64,000 bases of DNA from an uncultured delta proteobacterium (GTDB taxonomy: Bacteria; Desulfobacterota; Syntrophia; Syntrophales; UBA5619), in the NCBI GenBank assembly GCA_963817385.1, contig CAWFOM010000025.1:1-64000 (forward strand), written 5' to 3'. This document shows, piece by piece, positions 1 through 11,325 of the stretch. The notes under the pieces were generated by a model, which searched no databases, was not told the DNA's origin, and was given only the letters and a program-made list of their open reading frames with translations. The translations under genes were made by a program, and so were the position numbers. Within the stretch, counting starts at the first letter, position 1; the number at the start of each line of letters is the position of its first letter.

Positions 1-1
1 C

Positions 2-178
2 TCATCCGATACGAGCCGAAGAAACTTCGTTTTCAGATACGGCATTTACCGTTCGGCTCTGAGCAGATCCGCAAGACGCATACCGACCCAGATCGTTTAC
101 TTCTACTAGGTTCGGCTAGGAGAAAATAGGGAAGCAGTTGATCTGCGCATGAACTCAGCCCTACCGCCGGTCGATTGA
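2..178 (+). pseudogene. Possible C-terminal remnant of a polysaccharide (heparin lyase I-like) lyase with an internal stop
   Basis: Frame +2 reads FRYGIYRSALSRSARRIPTQIVYFY*VRLGENREAVDLRMNSALPPVD*. This resembles the F(K/R)YGIYR...PTQIVYFDEVR lyase C-terminus. TAG at 107-109; 5' part is off-window. Confidence 0.4.
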
Positions 179-247
179 TGGACCGGATCAATCATTTCAA
201 CCGCCAATCCTCAAATATTTCATTCTCGATGCTTGTTGTTTTGTGCA

Positions 248-769
248 AATACCGAGAAGAACCTATGCAGTAGGTCCAAAAACATCCACGAAATTTGTTG
301 CTTGTTTCGTTAAAGCCCGAGGCGGCCGGCGATCTCCCGCATCGCCCCGAGAGTGATCTCCACGAATTCGTCCAGCGAAAGCCCGAGCTGTTCACACTCC
401 CGGATCGTCTCGCGGTTCACCGAGGCCGCAAAGGCCTTCTCCTTCATCCTCTTCGTGATCGATTTTACCTTGACGCTTGCGATCTTTTTTGTCCGGGTAG
501 ACCAACGTTGTCGCCACAAGCCGGTGATCGCTTTCCGGCGGCGAGCGCATGCTGGAACTTCTTGTCGACCGTTGGATCCGCAGACGGCTTCGTTGTGCAT
601 CTTTACGGCGTCCACGATCTCCTGGATCGATCCCCTTCTCCGCGAGGATCCGCTCGGCCTCGATCCCGTGGCGGGCAAGGTCGCCGCCGACCACTTCGAT
701 GTCGATATCGTGGAGGCCGCCCTGCGAGCCCCCGAGAGCTCCTCATCCTGGCCGAGCCTCCGAGGCGTA
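248..769. repeat. Diverged direct-repeat copy of 1708..2254 (3' part of the HD gene plus about 60 bp downstream)
   Basis: AATACCGAGAAGAACCTATGCAG...CGAGGCGTA aligns with AATACCAAGAAGAACCTGTGCAG...CGAGGCGTA, with substitutions and indels. Confidence 0.95.
310..769 (-). pseudogene. 5'-truncated, frameshifted copy of the HD-domain gene
   Basis: Encodes ...KVKSITKRMKEKAFAASVNRETIRECEQLGLSLDEFVEITLGAMREIAGRLGL, nearly identical to the 1769..2323 product. It has no N-terminus and several indels. Confidence 0.9.
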
Positions 770-921
770 TCCACATGTACGCCTGTTATTAATCTTCCTA
801 CCGCTACTTGAGCCTCGATATTTAGCGATAGAAGGCTGGATGGTAATCTGTCCGCAACGCATCTGATACATAGATTGCTCAATTTAGGCTTGTAAAAATA
901 GATTCATTAATTCACCATAGA

Positions 922-937
922 ATCTTACCAGTAAGAT
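922..937. promoter_or_regulatory. Palindromic operator upstream of the TA operon
   Basis: ATCTTAC-CA-GTAAGAT, a perfect inverted repeat just before the AGGAGG RBS (945-950). Confidence 0.6.
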
Positions 938-953
938 AATTCATAGGAGGTGT

Positions 954-1220
954 ATGATGGCAAATTTGGCAACCACTAAAATGTCCTTGAAGGGGCAAGT
1001 TGTAATCCCTGAGCATATACGCAAACGATTGAACTTACGTGTCGGCTCGCAATTTGTTGTTGTGGGAGAGAAGGATGTAGTCATATTCAAATCCATCTCC
1101 CAACCATCTATGGAGGAATTTGATAAACTGATTGCCAAAGCACGTAAGCAAGCAAAGGACGAAGGATTAAAACGCTCTGATGTTTATAAAGCAATTGCGA
1201 AAGCACGAGGCCGCAAGTGA
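954..1220 (+). CDS. AbrB/MazE/SpoVT-family antitoxin
   Basis: TTKMSLKGQVVIPEHIRKRLNL swapped-hairpin motif; AGGAGG RBS; overlaps the PIN gene (GTGA). Confidence 0.92.
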   Translation: MMANLATTKMSLKGQVVIPEHIRKRLNLRVGSQFVVVGEKDVVIFKSISQPSMEEFDKLIAKARKQAKDEGLKRSDVYKAIAKARGRK

Positions 1221-1627
1221 AGGTGATTCTCGATACCAATGTCTTTATCTCTGGTGTTTTTTTCAGCGGGCCACCATATCAAATTCTCAACGCATGGCGT
1301 GATGGTAGAATTCAATTGGTAATTTCACAAGAGATCCTTAGCGAATACTGGCGAGTGGGAGAAGTATTTGCCGATAAATTTCCTTCAATTGACTTGCAAC
1401 CGATTCTTGATTTGGTAACTATTGAGGCAGAATTGTACAATGCTAAAGACTTTTCCGAGCCTGTGTGTAGCGACCCTGATGATGATAAATTCCTTGCCTG
1501 CGCTATAGCAAGTGGAAGCAGGATTATCGTAAGCGGTGATAAGCATTTAATAAAAGTTTCCGGTTTCGAGGGCATAGAAGTTCTAAAACCTAGCGAATTT
1601 GTAAAAAGGCATTTACAGATAATCTAA
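1217..1627 (+). CDS. PIN-domain toxin (VapC-like)
   Basis: VILDTNVFISG, DPDDDKFLACA and IVSGDKHL PIN motifs. Confidence 0.93.
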   Translation: MKVILDTNVFISGVFFSGPPYQILNAWRDGRIQLVISQEILSEYWRVGEVFADKFPSIDLQPILDLVTIEAELYNAKDFSEPVCSDPDDDKFLACAIASGSRIIVSGDKHLIKVSGFEGIEVLKPSEFVKRHLQII

Positions 1628-1768
1628 CTTACTCATTGAATAAATTAGCCCTTTCGATCCGCAATCCTCAATTATAATCAATGGCTACCACTGAACAAGT
1701 AGAAACTAATACCAAGAAGAACCTGTGCAGTGGGTCTAAAAACATCAAGAAAGTTGTTGCTTGTTTCG

Positions 1769-2323
1769 TTACAGCCCGAGGCGGCCGGCGATCTCCCGCA
1801 TCGCCCCGAGAGAGATCTCCACGAATTCGTCCAGCGAAAGCCCGAGCTGTTCGCACTCCCGGATCGTCTCGCGGTTCACCGAGGCCGCGAAGGCCTTCTC
1901 CTTCATCCGCTTCGTGATCGACTTCACCTTGACGCTTGCGATCTTTTTGTCCGGATAGACCAGCGTTGTCGCCACGATAAACCCGGTGATCGTCTCCCCG
2001 GCGGCGAGCGCATGCTGGAACTCCGTGGACCGTTTAATCCCGCAGACGGCTTCGTTGTGCATCTTTACGGCGTCCACGATCTCCGGATCGATCCCCTTCT
2101 CCGCGAGGATTCGCTCGGCCTCGATCCCGTGGCGGGCAAGGTCGCCGCCGACCACTTCGATGTCGATATCGTGGAGGAGCCCCGCGAGCCCCCACTTTTC
2201 TTCATCGCGATCGAGCCTCCGCGCCAGCGCCCGAAGGACCGCCTCCGAGGCGTAGCTGTGGTCCAGCATCCGTTCGTTCTTCACCTGCGTTTTGAGCAAT
2301 TCTTCCGCTTCTTCCCTAGTCAT
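1769..2323 (-). CDS. HD/HDIG-domain metal-dependent phosphohydrolase
   Basis: MTREEAEELL...H...WGLAGLLHDID HD motif; KxKAFAASVNRE C-terminal motif. Confidence 0.88.
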   Translation of the reverse strand: MTREEAEELLKTQVKNERMLDHSYASEAVLRALARRLDRDEEKWGLAGLLHDIDIEVVGGDLARHGIEAERILAEKGIDPEIVDAVKMHNEAVCGIKRSTEFQHALAAGETITGFIVATTLVYPDKKIASVKVKSITKRMKEKAFAASVNRETIRECEQLGLSLDEFVEISLGAMREIAGRLGL

Positions 2324-2628
2324 CCTATCCACCCTCTCTTTATCCAGCACAGGAATATTGCTGTTTGAATTTGGAGAGATCATACATCTTTTCCCGGAAA
2401 AAACAATGTACGCAACTGATTTACATTCCTGTGTTTTAAACTATCGACGAGAAAGGTAAGGCTCGTGTTAGGTTGCCGGCAATCCAAGGGTGAAACTCAG
2501 CGACGGTGATCATAGTCTTCTTTAATAAAATTGTTGACTTTCACCCTTCTTTTGATAATTTACGAAATACACATAAATTGTCATGCGGAAGTGGCACCCT
2601 CAAACCATGAATCGGTTTATTGACCCTA

Positions 2629-3540
2629 ATGGCTAATCCTGTAAAAAAAGCATTCTTAGATGAACTGTCAAAACGATTCGGCAGACCGAAACAATTGCCG
2701 GGTAGCTTGTCTTTGTTCGAGATTGGTGACGGTTTGATCCGTATATACATCAGATACTCGAAAATGCACCCGGGGAAACGATCGTTTTATGGGTTGAGAA
2801 GAGAGGACTTGAAGCAGCTTGAGGGGTTCAATTCGGTTATTTGTTTTCTGTGGGAAAGCCAAACAGAACCTGTCTTTGTTCCTTTTTCGGACTTCGAAGA
2901 CCTTTTCAGTTCTTTAACGCCCGCCTCCGATGGTCAGTTTAAGTGTCAGATTTATCACGATGATGGATTGGAACTTTATATTGCGAATGCTGGCCGTTTC
3001 TCAATAGAAGGTTTCTATGGTTGGGGGAACATAGATGGTTTAATAGAGACGAACAAGATAACGAATATGCCGGAGTTTAGCCATTCCCAGATTCAAACGT
3101 TCATAGGAGCGATTGGAATGATAAAGGGCTATGATATTTGGGTACCCCTGAACGATAGGAGTAAGCTGGACTGGACCTTAACCGACAAGTTTCCGGTAAG
3201 AAATGATCTCCCGTCAAGATACTGCTCGATTAATGATGTTGTTAGAGAGGTAGATGTCCTGTGGTTACAGAGGGGGGCAAGTGAGATGACGGCGATGTTC
3301 GAAATCGAGCATTCTACTCAGGTTTACTCGGGTCTTCTTAGGTTTAACGATCTGCATCTGGTGGAACCTCACCTGAAGCTAAAATTCAGTATTGTTGCGA
3401 ACGGGGTACGGCGTGCTCTTTTTCTTCGACAGATCAATAGACCGACTTTCAAGGTCAGCGGTTTGGCTGACGTCTGCAATTTCCTGGAATATCGGGATGT
3501 GTATAGCTGGTTTGACCGAACAAAAGAGAATAGAGCATGA
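2629..3540 (+). CDS. Hypothetical protein with a C-terminal PD-(D/E)XK restriction-endonuclease-like domain
   Basis: VDVLWL...FEIEHSTQVYSGLLRFNDL motif; AT-rich islet. Confidence 0.6.
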   Translation: MANPVKKAFLDELSKRFGRPKQLPGSLSLFEIGDGLIRIYIRYSKMHPGKRSFYGLRREDLKQLEGFNSVICFLWESQTEPVFVPFSDFEDLFSSLTPASDGQFKCQIYHDDGLELYIANAGRFSIEGFYGWGNIDGLIETNKITNMPEFSHSQIQTFIGAIGMIKGYDIWVPLNDRSKLDWTLTDKFPVRNDLPSRYCSINDVVREVDVLWLQRGASEMTAMFEIEHSTQVYSGLLRFNDLHLVEPHLKLKFSIVANGVRRALFLRQINRPTFKVSGLADVCNFLEYRDVYSWFDRTKENRA

Positions 3541-3720
3541 GAGCAGGGAGTTTAAGCTTCGTTAATTGAGGATTCATTGAGGAGCCGGGGATATACCGCG
3601 CCTATTGGAGCCGAAAAGTCAAAGCGTTGATGGCATTGAAGGGCCAGCCGTGTTTCATCTATTGATCTGACGCGCATGATGCAGGCGATCTCGTTAAATT
3701 CTGGTTGTCGCGAACATAGC

Positions 3721-3987
3721 TCAACCAGGTTCACTTTGGTGGTCATGCTCACCCGCCTTATTCAGCCTGTCGAGCCTGTCGAGAAATTTCCGGGCCTCGT
3801 CGGAGAGGTCCGCAATCGGATAGCCGATGAACGCTTCTACTGATGTTCCATCATTCTGTGGAACCTCCGTTAGATCTTCCTCTTCCGCGTCTTCGGTGTC
3901 ATAGTCGACGATCGTTATGTCGACCTCTTCGTCCGCGAGAATATTCTGGATGATCCCGCCGTCCATGATGATCGCAATCCGATTCAT
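3721..3987 (-). CDS. Small acidic hypothetical protein
   Basis: 88-aa ORF (IAIIMDGGIIQNILAD...IVDYD) with a GGAGG-like RBS upstream. Confidence 0.55.
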   Translation of the reverse strand: MNRIAIIMDGGIIQNILADEEVDITIVDYDTEDAEEEDLTEVPQNDGTSVEAFIGYPIADLSDEARKFLDRLDRLNKAGEHDHQSEPG

Positions 3988-4270
3988 GACGCTCTTCGCC
4001 TCCTATAGTTCTTGTACCTCTCCGGCCTCGGCCGGCGCGGCGTGTTTTCTCAACGATGGAACTGACACCGGCTTTGGATGCTTTCATGGATTCATAATGG
4101 TTAAATGAAGACTATAAATCTACAGACTATAGTATTCTTTTGCGCTTATTCATTATAAAATTGTTAGGGCCGTCATTGATTTACTGGATGGTTTTCCCTA
4201 TACTGCGCCTACACACGGATTTGCAGTAGGGGGTTCAATGTGGGTTACCCTTTCAATGATGGAGGCCCGG

Positions 4271-4925
4271 ATGATCGATATCGTGATCCTGACAGCGGCG
4301 GCGGTACTGCTCGGGGGGCTTCTCTATGCCGAGAAACGGGAGTCCACACAGGGGCGCATTCTGACGAAGCCCCTCCTTTCCGCGCTCTTTATCGCGGTCG
4401 CCCTGACCGGGTCCCGGACGGATCCGCTCTATTTCGGATTGATGCTTGCGGGGCTGTCATTCTGCTTGGCCGGCGACGTATTCCTCATCTTCTCCGACTC
4501 GCCGAAGCTTTTTTTGGCGGGGCTCGTATCGTTTTTGACCGGGCACATCCTGTACACCGTCGCTTTTTTTCTGACGTCGCGACCGGGGATGCTGATCTGG
4601 ATCGCCGTCGCGTGCGGTGCTGGCGGTCAGCGGCGCTATTTTTGCCTGGCTCCGACCCCATCTGGGAAAGATGCTCATCCCGGTCGTTGCGTATGTGGTC
4701 GTCATCACCGTGATGGTGATCGGCGCTTCATCAATTCTGGGGGAGAGGTCGGCGGATCTTTCCGGCAGGATGCTCGTATTTTCGGGGGCCATCCTCTTCT
4801 ATTTATCGGATATCTTCGTCGCCCGCCAGCAATTCGTTGTCAGTCAATACGTCAACCGCCTCGTGGGGCTGCCCCTGTATTACGCGGCCCAGTTCATGAT
4901 TGCGTTTTCGATCCGGCTTCTCTGA
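4271..4925 (+). CDS. YhhN-family membrane protein (lysoplasmalogenase-like); frameshift near 4620
   Basis: TKP, AGDVFL, GLVSFLTGH and FYLSD...YYAAQF motifs spread over two frames. Confidence 0.85.
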
Positions 4926-4939
4926 GAAGAAGGCCCCGC

Positions 4940-6368
4940 TTATTTCCCCTTCAGAAAGAGCTTGACGGGGCTGATCTCGATGAAGGACGGCCCGAAGCTG
5001 TCGCCGAAGTTCCCGGCGATGACGACGACCAGGTCCTCTTCCCGGAGACTGCCGTTTTTCAGATGGCCCGTCAGCGCCCGGTGGATGAAATCCTGGCTGT
5101 CGGCCGTCCTTTCGATGTACTCGGGAAAGACGCCGAACGACAGGGCGAGCTGCCGCACCACATGCCAGTCGTAGCAGTGGGCGAAGATCGGCTTGCGGCC
5201 GCGGAAGCCGGCCATGTTGCGGATGGAGTTGCCCGACGAGGTGTCGGCGATGATGGCCCGGGCGCCCAGCTTGAGGGCCGCTTCCACCGCCGTCTTGGTG
5301 AGGAAGGCCGACCGCTCGTTGGTCAGGACGACCGTCGGCACGTCGTGGATGTCGCTGCGGGACTTCTCGACCTCGACGGCGACCGTGGCCATGGTGGTCA
5401 CCGCCTCCAGGGGATAGAGCCCGCTGGCCGTCTCCCCGCTCAGCATGATGGCGTCGGTCTTGCCGTAGATTGCGTTGGCGATGTCGCTCACCTCGGCCCG
5501 GGTGGGCCGGGGATTCTTGATCATGGAGTTGAGCATCTGGGTCGCGATGATAACCGGCTTGCGGCGGGAGATGCACCGGTTGATCAGCATCTTCTGGATG
5601 CCCGGTATCTGCTCGTAGGGGATCTCGATGGCCAGATCGCCGCGGGCGACCATCACGCCGTAGACGTGATCGAGGATCTCGTCGATGTGGTCCACCCCTT
5701 CCTGGTTCTCGATCTTGGCGATGATCTTGATCGGGCTTTTCTGCTCGTCCAGGATCGCCTGGACGGCCTGGACGTCCTCCTTGCTGCGCACGAAGGAATG
5801 GGCGATGAAATCGCAGTCCTGCTCGGCGGCAAAGCGGATAAAAGCCCGGTCCTTATCGCTCAGGGCGGGGAGGAGGAACGTGACCGCTGGGACGTTCACG
5901 CTCTTTCTCCCCTCGATCCGGCCGTCGTTGAGGGCCTCGCAGATAAGGGCATCCCCTTCTTTCCGCCGGACCCGGAGCTCGATATACCCGTCGTCGATGA
6001 GGATGCGGCTGTCCACGGGGACCTCCTCGACGAAACCCCGGTAGCTCACATAGATCCCCTCCCGGGACGATTCCTTGTCCGGGTCGCCCCGGAACGTCAC
6101 GAGATCCCCCTTTGCCAGCACGATCTCCCCCGCTGACCTGCGTGACCCGGACCTCCGGGCCCTTCGTGTCGATCATGATGGCGATGTGATCGGACACCTC
6201 CCGGACGTTCCGGATCACCTTCAGGGCCCCCTCAGGGGACTGGTGGGCGGTGTTGAGCCGCACCACGTCCATCCCGGCCCGGTGGAGATCGGCGAGAAAC
6301 GGCACGTCACATCGCCGGTCGGAGAGGGTCGCGACGATCTTGGTCTTCTTCTTGGGATCCGTTTTCAT
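4940..6368 (-). CDS. pyk: Pyruvate kinase; frameshift near 6130
   Basis: KTKIVATL, RLNTAH, DTKGPE, IIAKIEN, MVARGDL, ATQMLNSM, PTRAEVSD and MLSGETA motifs. Confidence 0.95.
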
Positions 6369-6455
6369 GATGGTCTCATCCTTTTGCCTGTTCAAGACGT
6401 AACGCCTCCCTCTCGGGAGTTGGTTTCTTACGTTATTTTAACACAGTTGTTGCGA

Positions 6456-7199
6456 TCATGGTGAAGTATTGTGGAATTGCCCGCCGCCAGGTCCGGCGGT
6501 CGCATCGGCAAACTTGTACCCGATGCCGCGCACGGTCAGGATGTACTGCGGATTTTCCTTGTCGGGTTCGATCGCGGCCCGCAGACGGCTGATATGGACG
6601 TCGACGGTCCGTGGCTCCACGAAGGCCTCGTCGCCCCAGACGCGATCCAGAAGCTGATCACGGCTGTAGACCCGGCCGGGATGGGCGGTAAAAAACTGAA
6701 GAAGCTTGAATTCGCGGGAACTCAGGTCGACCGGTTGACCGTTGAGAGTCACCCGATAGGATGTGAAATCGATGTGGAGACCCCGGAAATCGAACGTCTC
6801 CGGCAGATCCCCGTCAGGACGCCGCTCCGACCGTCGCAGGATGGCGCGGACGCGGGCGATGAGCTCCCGGACATGGAACGGTTTGGTGAGATAGTCATCC
6901 GCGCCGATCTCCAGCCCCAGGATCTTGTCCACCGGGTCCGACTTGGCGGTCAGCATGATGATGGGCAGGGAGGCGGTGGCCTCCTGGCGTCGAATCCTCG
7001 CGCAAACCTCCATACCCGGCATTTCCGGCATCATCAGGTCGAGGATGACGAGATCCGGTTTCTCCGCGTTGACCATTTCCCATGCCTTTCGCCCGTCATA
7101 CGCCTTGGACACGGCGAATCCTTCCTGTTGAAGGTTGTACGTGATCAGTTCAACGATATCTTTTTCGTCATCGACGACGAGGATCTTTTTCTGCGTCAT
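6456..7199 (-). CDS. phoB: OmpR/PhoB-family response regulator
   Basis: Receiver domain (VVDD, LDLMMP, KPF) plus winged helix (RTVDVHISRLR, TVRGIGY); last gene of the pst operon. Confidence 0.9.
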   Translation of the reverse strand: MTQKKILVVDDEKDIVELITYNLQQEGFAVSKAYDGRKAWEMVNAEKPDLVILDLMMPEMPGMEVCARIRRQEATASLPIIMLTAKSDPVDKILGLEIGADDYLTKPFHVRELIARVRAILRRSERRPDGDLPETFDFRGLHIDFTSYRVTLNGQPVDLSSREFKLLQFFTAHPGRVYSRDQLLDRVWGDEAFVEPRTVDVHISRLRAAIEPDKENPQYILTVRGIGYKFADATAGPGGGQFHNTSP

Positions 7200-8954
7200 G
7201 TCGTCTCCGGAGCAATCGGAAAGAAGAGCGCGACGGTCGTGCCGTGGCCCGGCGTGCTGTCGATAGTCATCCGTCCGCCGTGCGCTTTCATCAGGTGCTT
7301 GACGATGGAGAGCCCGAGCCCCGTGCCGCCCAACTCCCGCGACCGCGTTTTGTCTACCCGGTAGAATCGTTCCCCCAGCCGGGGAATTTCACCCTTCGGG
7401 ATGCCGGCGCCCGTATCGGCGATTCGGACGGTCAGGTATCCCTTTCTCTTCCAATGAGGTCCTGACGGTCACCGTCCCCCCGGCCGGCGTAAATTTAACG
7501 GCATTGTCCAAAATGTTCAACAGGATCTGCGCCAGCCGATCCCGATCGGCCATGATTTTCGACGCCTCCGCCGGGATCTCCTTGACGATAATGAGATTTT
7601 TCTCGGAAATCCTTGTCGTGACAACGGTAAGGACCTGATCGAGGATATCAGCCAGGAAGAGGCCCTCCGGGTGCAGCGTCATCTCCCCCAGCTCGAAGCC
7701 GGAGAGGGTCAGGAGGTCGTCGACGAGCCGGTTCAGTCGCTGGGCGTTTTCCTGGATCGTTTCTAGAAATTTCCGGGCCGTCTTGCGGGTCGTCGAGGCG
7801 CCCTGCAGCAGGGTTTCCACAAAACCGATGATCGCCGTGAGCGGGGTTCTGATTTCGTGGGTCACGTTTGCCACGAAATCGGTCCGGACCCGTTCGAGTT
7901 TTTTTAGCCTCGTCACATCATGAAAGACAAGGATCGTTTTTTCCTCCCTGTCAGTCTCGCTCTGAATCGCGGTGATCGTCACATCCAGGACGACCGGGTT
8001 TTCCACGCCCAGCGTGATCTCCTGGAATACCGTCTCTCCTGTCGCCCGGAAACGCGCCAATGCATCGTGGAGCGGGATGTTCCGGAAGGCCTCGAGAATC
8101 GTCCTGCCGTGAAGCTCCCCAATCCCGGAGCCGATCAACTCCTCCATCCCGCGGTTGAGGGTCTCGATCCGGCCCTCTTTATCCAGGACCGCGATCCCCT
8201 CCGCCATGCCGGCGAACACGGATTGGAGCTGTCTGCGCTCTTCATCCGCAATCCGGATCTTTTCCTGCAGGACATCGACCATTACATTGATGTTTTCGGC
8301 CAGCGCCCCGATCTCGTCACGCGATTCGACGCGGAATTTTCCGGAGATGTTTCCCGTCCGGGCTTTTTCGGTAAACGCCGCGAGCTTCCTGATGGGGGCA
8401 ATCGTCCGGAGGGAAAACAGGAGCGCGGCCAAAAGCGCGCAGAACACGATCAGGAGCAGGTCCCACAGGATGGGTTCCCTCACTCGATCGATGGCGCCGG
8501 TCACCTCCTGGAATGAGCGGGAGAGGCGGATATAGCCTTGTGGACGTTTTTGCTCTCCGAGGGGAAAAGCCACGTAGAGCATGTTCATCTTCAGACTGTG
8601 GCTGTAACGGATGGAGACGCCCTTACCCTTCAGACGCGCCTCCTGGATCTCGGAACGGTTGAGGTGGCTCTCCATCTTGTCGCCGCTGCTATCCGAGTCC
8701 TCAAGTACCCGGCCCACTGCGTCGATCAGCGTCAGACGTGACCGGGAACGCTCGGCCAGCTCGACGGCGTGCCTGGCGATCTCCTCCATCGGCATCAGGG
8801 CGATGATCTGCGCCTGGGCAGTCATCTCCTCCTCGCTCCAGCGGATGAGGCCGCTTTCGAGCTGCCGTTCGATCAGAAATTCGGAGATCGTCACGACCAG
8901 GATTCCTGTCGCGACAAAGGCGAGGAACAGTTTCGTGAACAGCCTGCTCTTCAT
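7196..8954 (-). CDS. phoR: Phosphate-regulon sensor histidine kinase; frameshifted in the C-terminal part
   Basis: TM-HAMP-PAS layout, FVANVTHEIRTPLT H-box, NILDNAVKFT N-box; GGTGLGLSIVKH lies in the shifted frame. Confidence 0.9.
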
Positions 8955-9640
8955 TCGTTCTCCGTGCAGGTCGGCTGATGCCGGACGCTCTTTCCCGTGA
9001 CCATGTAGATGACCATGTCCGCGATCCCCTCGGCGTGATCCGCGATCCGCTCCAGGCTCTTGGAGATCTGCATGATATAGAGCGACACCTGGATCTTGTG
9101 CGGATCCTCCATCATGAACGTGAGCAGCTCCCGGAAGACCTGATCGTTGAGCTGGTCGATGACGGTGTCCTCCTCCCGGACTTGGTGAGCCAGCGGAACA
9201 TCCTCGCGCACCATGGCGTCGAGGCCCTTGCGGATCATCCCCCGGACGATCTGGGCCATCCGGGGCAGGTCGATGTAGGGTTTGATCTGTGGGAGGTCGT
9301 TCAGGATGATAACCTTCTCCGCGATCTTGGCCGCCATGTCTCCGATCCGCTCCAGGTGGCCGGTGATCTTGATGGCCGTCGTGATGAAACGCAGATCCCG
9401 TGCGGCGGGCTGCCGCAGGGCCAGCAGGCGGATGCACTTCTCTTCCAGCTCGAAGTCGAGCCGGTCGATCTGGTCGTCCTCGCAGACAATCTTACGCGCC
9501 AGTTCGGAGTCTCTCTCCAGAAGCGCGACGGTCCCGTTTTCGAGCGCCTTTTCCGTCAGGGCGCCCAGGTAGAGGAGGCCGTCCCTGATCCCCTGGAGCT
9601 CCCGCTCGTACTCCGCGCTGGTATGTCGTTTCTCCCCCAT
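8951..9640 (-). CDS. phoU: Phosphate signalling protein PhoU
   Basis: QPAARDLRF and two LERIxD repeats. Confidence 0.95.
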   Translation of the reverse strand: MGEKRHTSAEYERELQGIRDGLLYLGALTEKALENGTVALLERDSELARKIVCEDDQIDRLDFELEEKCIRLLALRQPAARDLRFITTAIKITGHLERIGDMAAKIAEKVIILNDLPQIKPYIDLPRMAQIVRGMIRKGLDAMVREDVPLAHQVREEDTVIDQLNDQVFRELLTFMMEDPHKIQVSLYIMQISKSLERIADHAEGIADMVIYMVTGKSVRHQPTCTENE

Positions 9641-9677
9641 AGTGCCTCCATTCGCTTCGCCGGGATGCTTTCGCCGC

Positions 9678-10440
9678 TTACCCGAACCGTCCGGTGATGT
9701 AGTCCTCCGTCTGTTTTATGTCGGGATTGGTGAAGATCTTTTCGGTGGCGTTGAATTCGATCACTTTCCCCAGATAGAAGAAACCCGTGTACTCCGAAAC
9801 GCGCGCCGCCTGCTGCATGTTGTGGGTCACGATGATGATCGTGTACCGTTTTTTCAAGCGAGTCGATGAGCTCCTCGATCTTCGCCGTGGAGATGGGGTC
9901 GAGGGCCGACGTCGGTTCGTCCATGAGGAGCACGTCGGGCTTCATGGCGAGCGCCCTGGCGATGCAGAGGCGCTGCTGCTGCCCGCCGGAGAGGTTCATG
10001 GCGGACTTCCCCAGGATGTCCTTTACCTCGTCCCAGAGGACCGCCTGTTTCAGGCTCTCCTCCACCAGGGCGTCCAGTTCGCCGTTATTGCGGACGCCCG
10101 CGAGCTTCGGTGCGAAGGTGATGTTGTTGTAGATCGATTTCGGAAAGGGGTTCGGTTTTTGAAAAACCATACCGATCCTCTGGCGGATCTCCACGGGGTC
10201 CACCTCGGGGGCGTAGATGTTCCGCCCTTCGAAGAGGATCTCCCCCTCCACGCGGGTGCCGTCGATCAGGTCGTTCATCCGGTTGAGGAGCCGAAGCAAG
10301 GTCGACTTGCCGCAGCCGGACGGGCCGATCAGGGCGGTGACGCGGTTCTTTTCAAAATCCAGCGTGACGTTCGTCAGCGCCCGAAAGGCGCCGTAGAAGA
10401 AATCCACGTTTTTTGTCCTGATGATCATCTCTTTGTCCAC
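9678..10440 (-). CDS. pstB: Phosphate ABC transporter ATPase; frameshift near 9855
   Basis: [33 protein letters not shown] and the [10 protein letters not shown] terminus. Confidence 0.95.
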
Positions 10441-10442
10441 GC

Positions 10443-11325
10443 TTACCACCTTTTTTTCCTCCTGACCATGCCGCGCAGGACGATGGCGACCAGATCGATC
10501 CCGAGCACCAGGGCGATCAGGACCAGCGCCGTTCCGTATTGCAGCGGCCGCGTCTGTTCGATATGGGTCCCCGCCGTGGCCAGGACGTAGATGTGATAGG
10601 GAAGGGCCATGACCTCGTCAAAGATCGATTTCGGCAGGGTCGCGGTGAAGAAGGCCGCGGCCGTGAACATGATGGGCGCCGTCTCGCCGGCGGCGCGGCC
10701 GACCCCCAGGATCGCCCCGGTCAGGATGCCGGGGAGGGCCGAAGGGAGGACGATCCGGGAGATGGTGCGCCATTTGGAGACGCCCAGGGCCAGGGAGGCC
10801 TCGCGGAATGTCTGGGGCACCGCTTTGAGCGCCTCCTCCGCGGCGCCGATGATCGTCGGGAGGATCAGGATCCCGAGCGTCAGCGAGCCGGCGAGGATGC
10901 TGGAGCCGAACTGGAGGAAGACGACGAAAAAGCCGAGGCCGAAGAGGCCGAAAACGACGGAGGGGACGCCGGCCAGGCAGTTCACGCCGACGCGGATGAT
11001 CCGGATGAAGAGTCCCTGTCTCGCATATTCCGTCAGATAGATCGCCGAGACCACCCCCAGGGGGAGGGCCACGCAGATCGCCCCGACGGTCAGATACAGG
11101 GTCCCGACGATGGCCGGCATGATCCCGCCCTTCGTCATGGAATCGGTGGGGGGCAGGGTGAGAAACGCCCAGGTGACGGCCTTCCAGCCGTTGATCAAAA
11201 GAAAGGCGATGATCCCCAGGAGGGCGAGGGTGATGACAAGCGCCGACAGGCGCACGACGCCGAAAAACAGGCATCTGCCGGAAATAGCGCCATTTCATGA
11301 ATGAAGCCTGCGATACCGCGTTCAC
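10443..11325 (-). CDS. pstA: Phosphate ABC permease; N-terminal frameshift
   Basis: [13 protein letters not shown] and [10 protein letters not shown] motifs. Confidence 0.93.

Noticed and set aside
1621..1700. Integron attC site after the PIN toxin (ATCTAAC overlapping the stop)
   Set aside because: No matching GTTRRRY end or convincing stem downstream; the other GTTAG hits (about 2467, 4163, 45835) are unpaired.
4238..6136. 632-aa ORF read as a YhhN fusion protein
   Set aside because: A frameshift runs the yhhN frame into the antisense strand of pyk.
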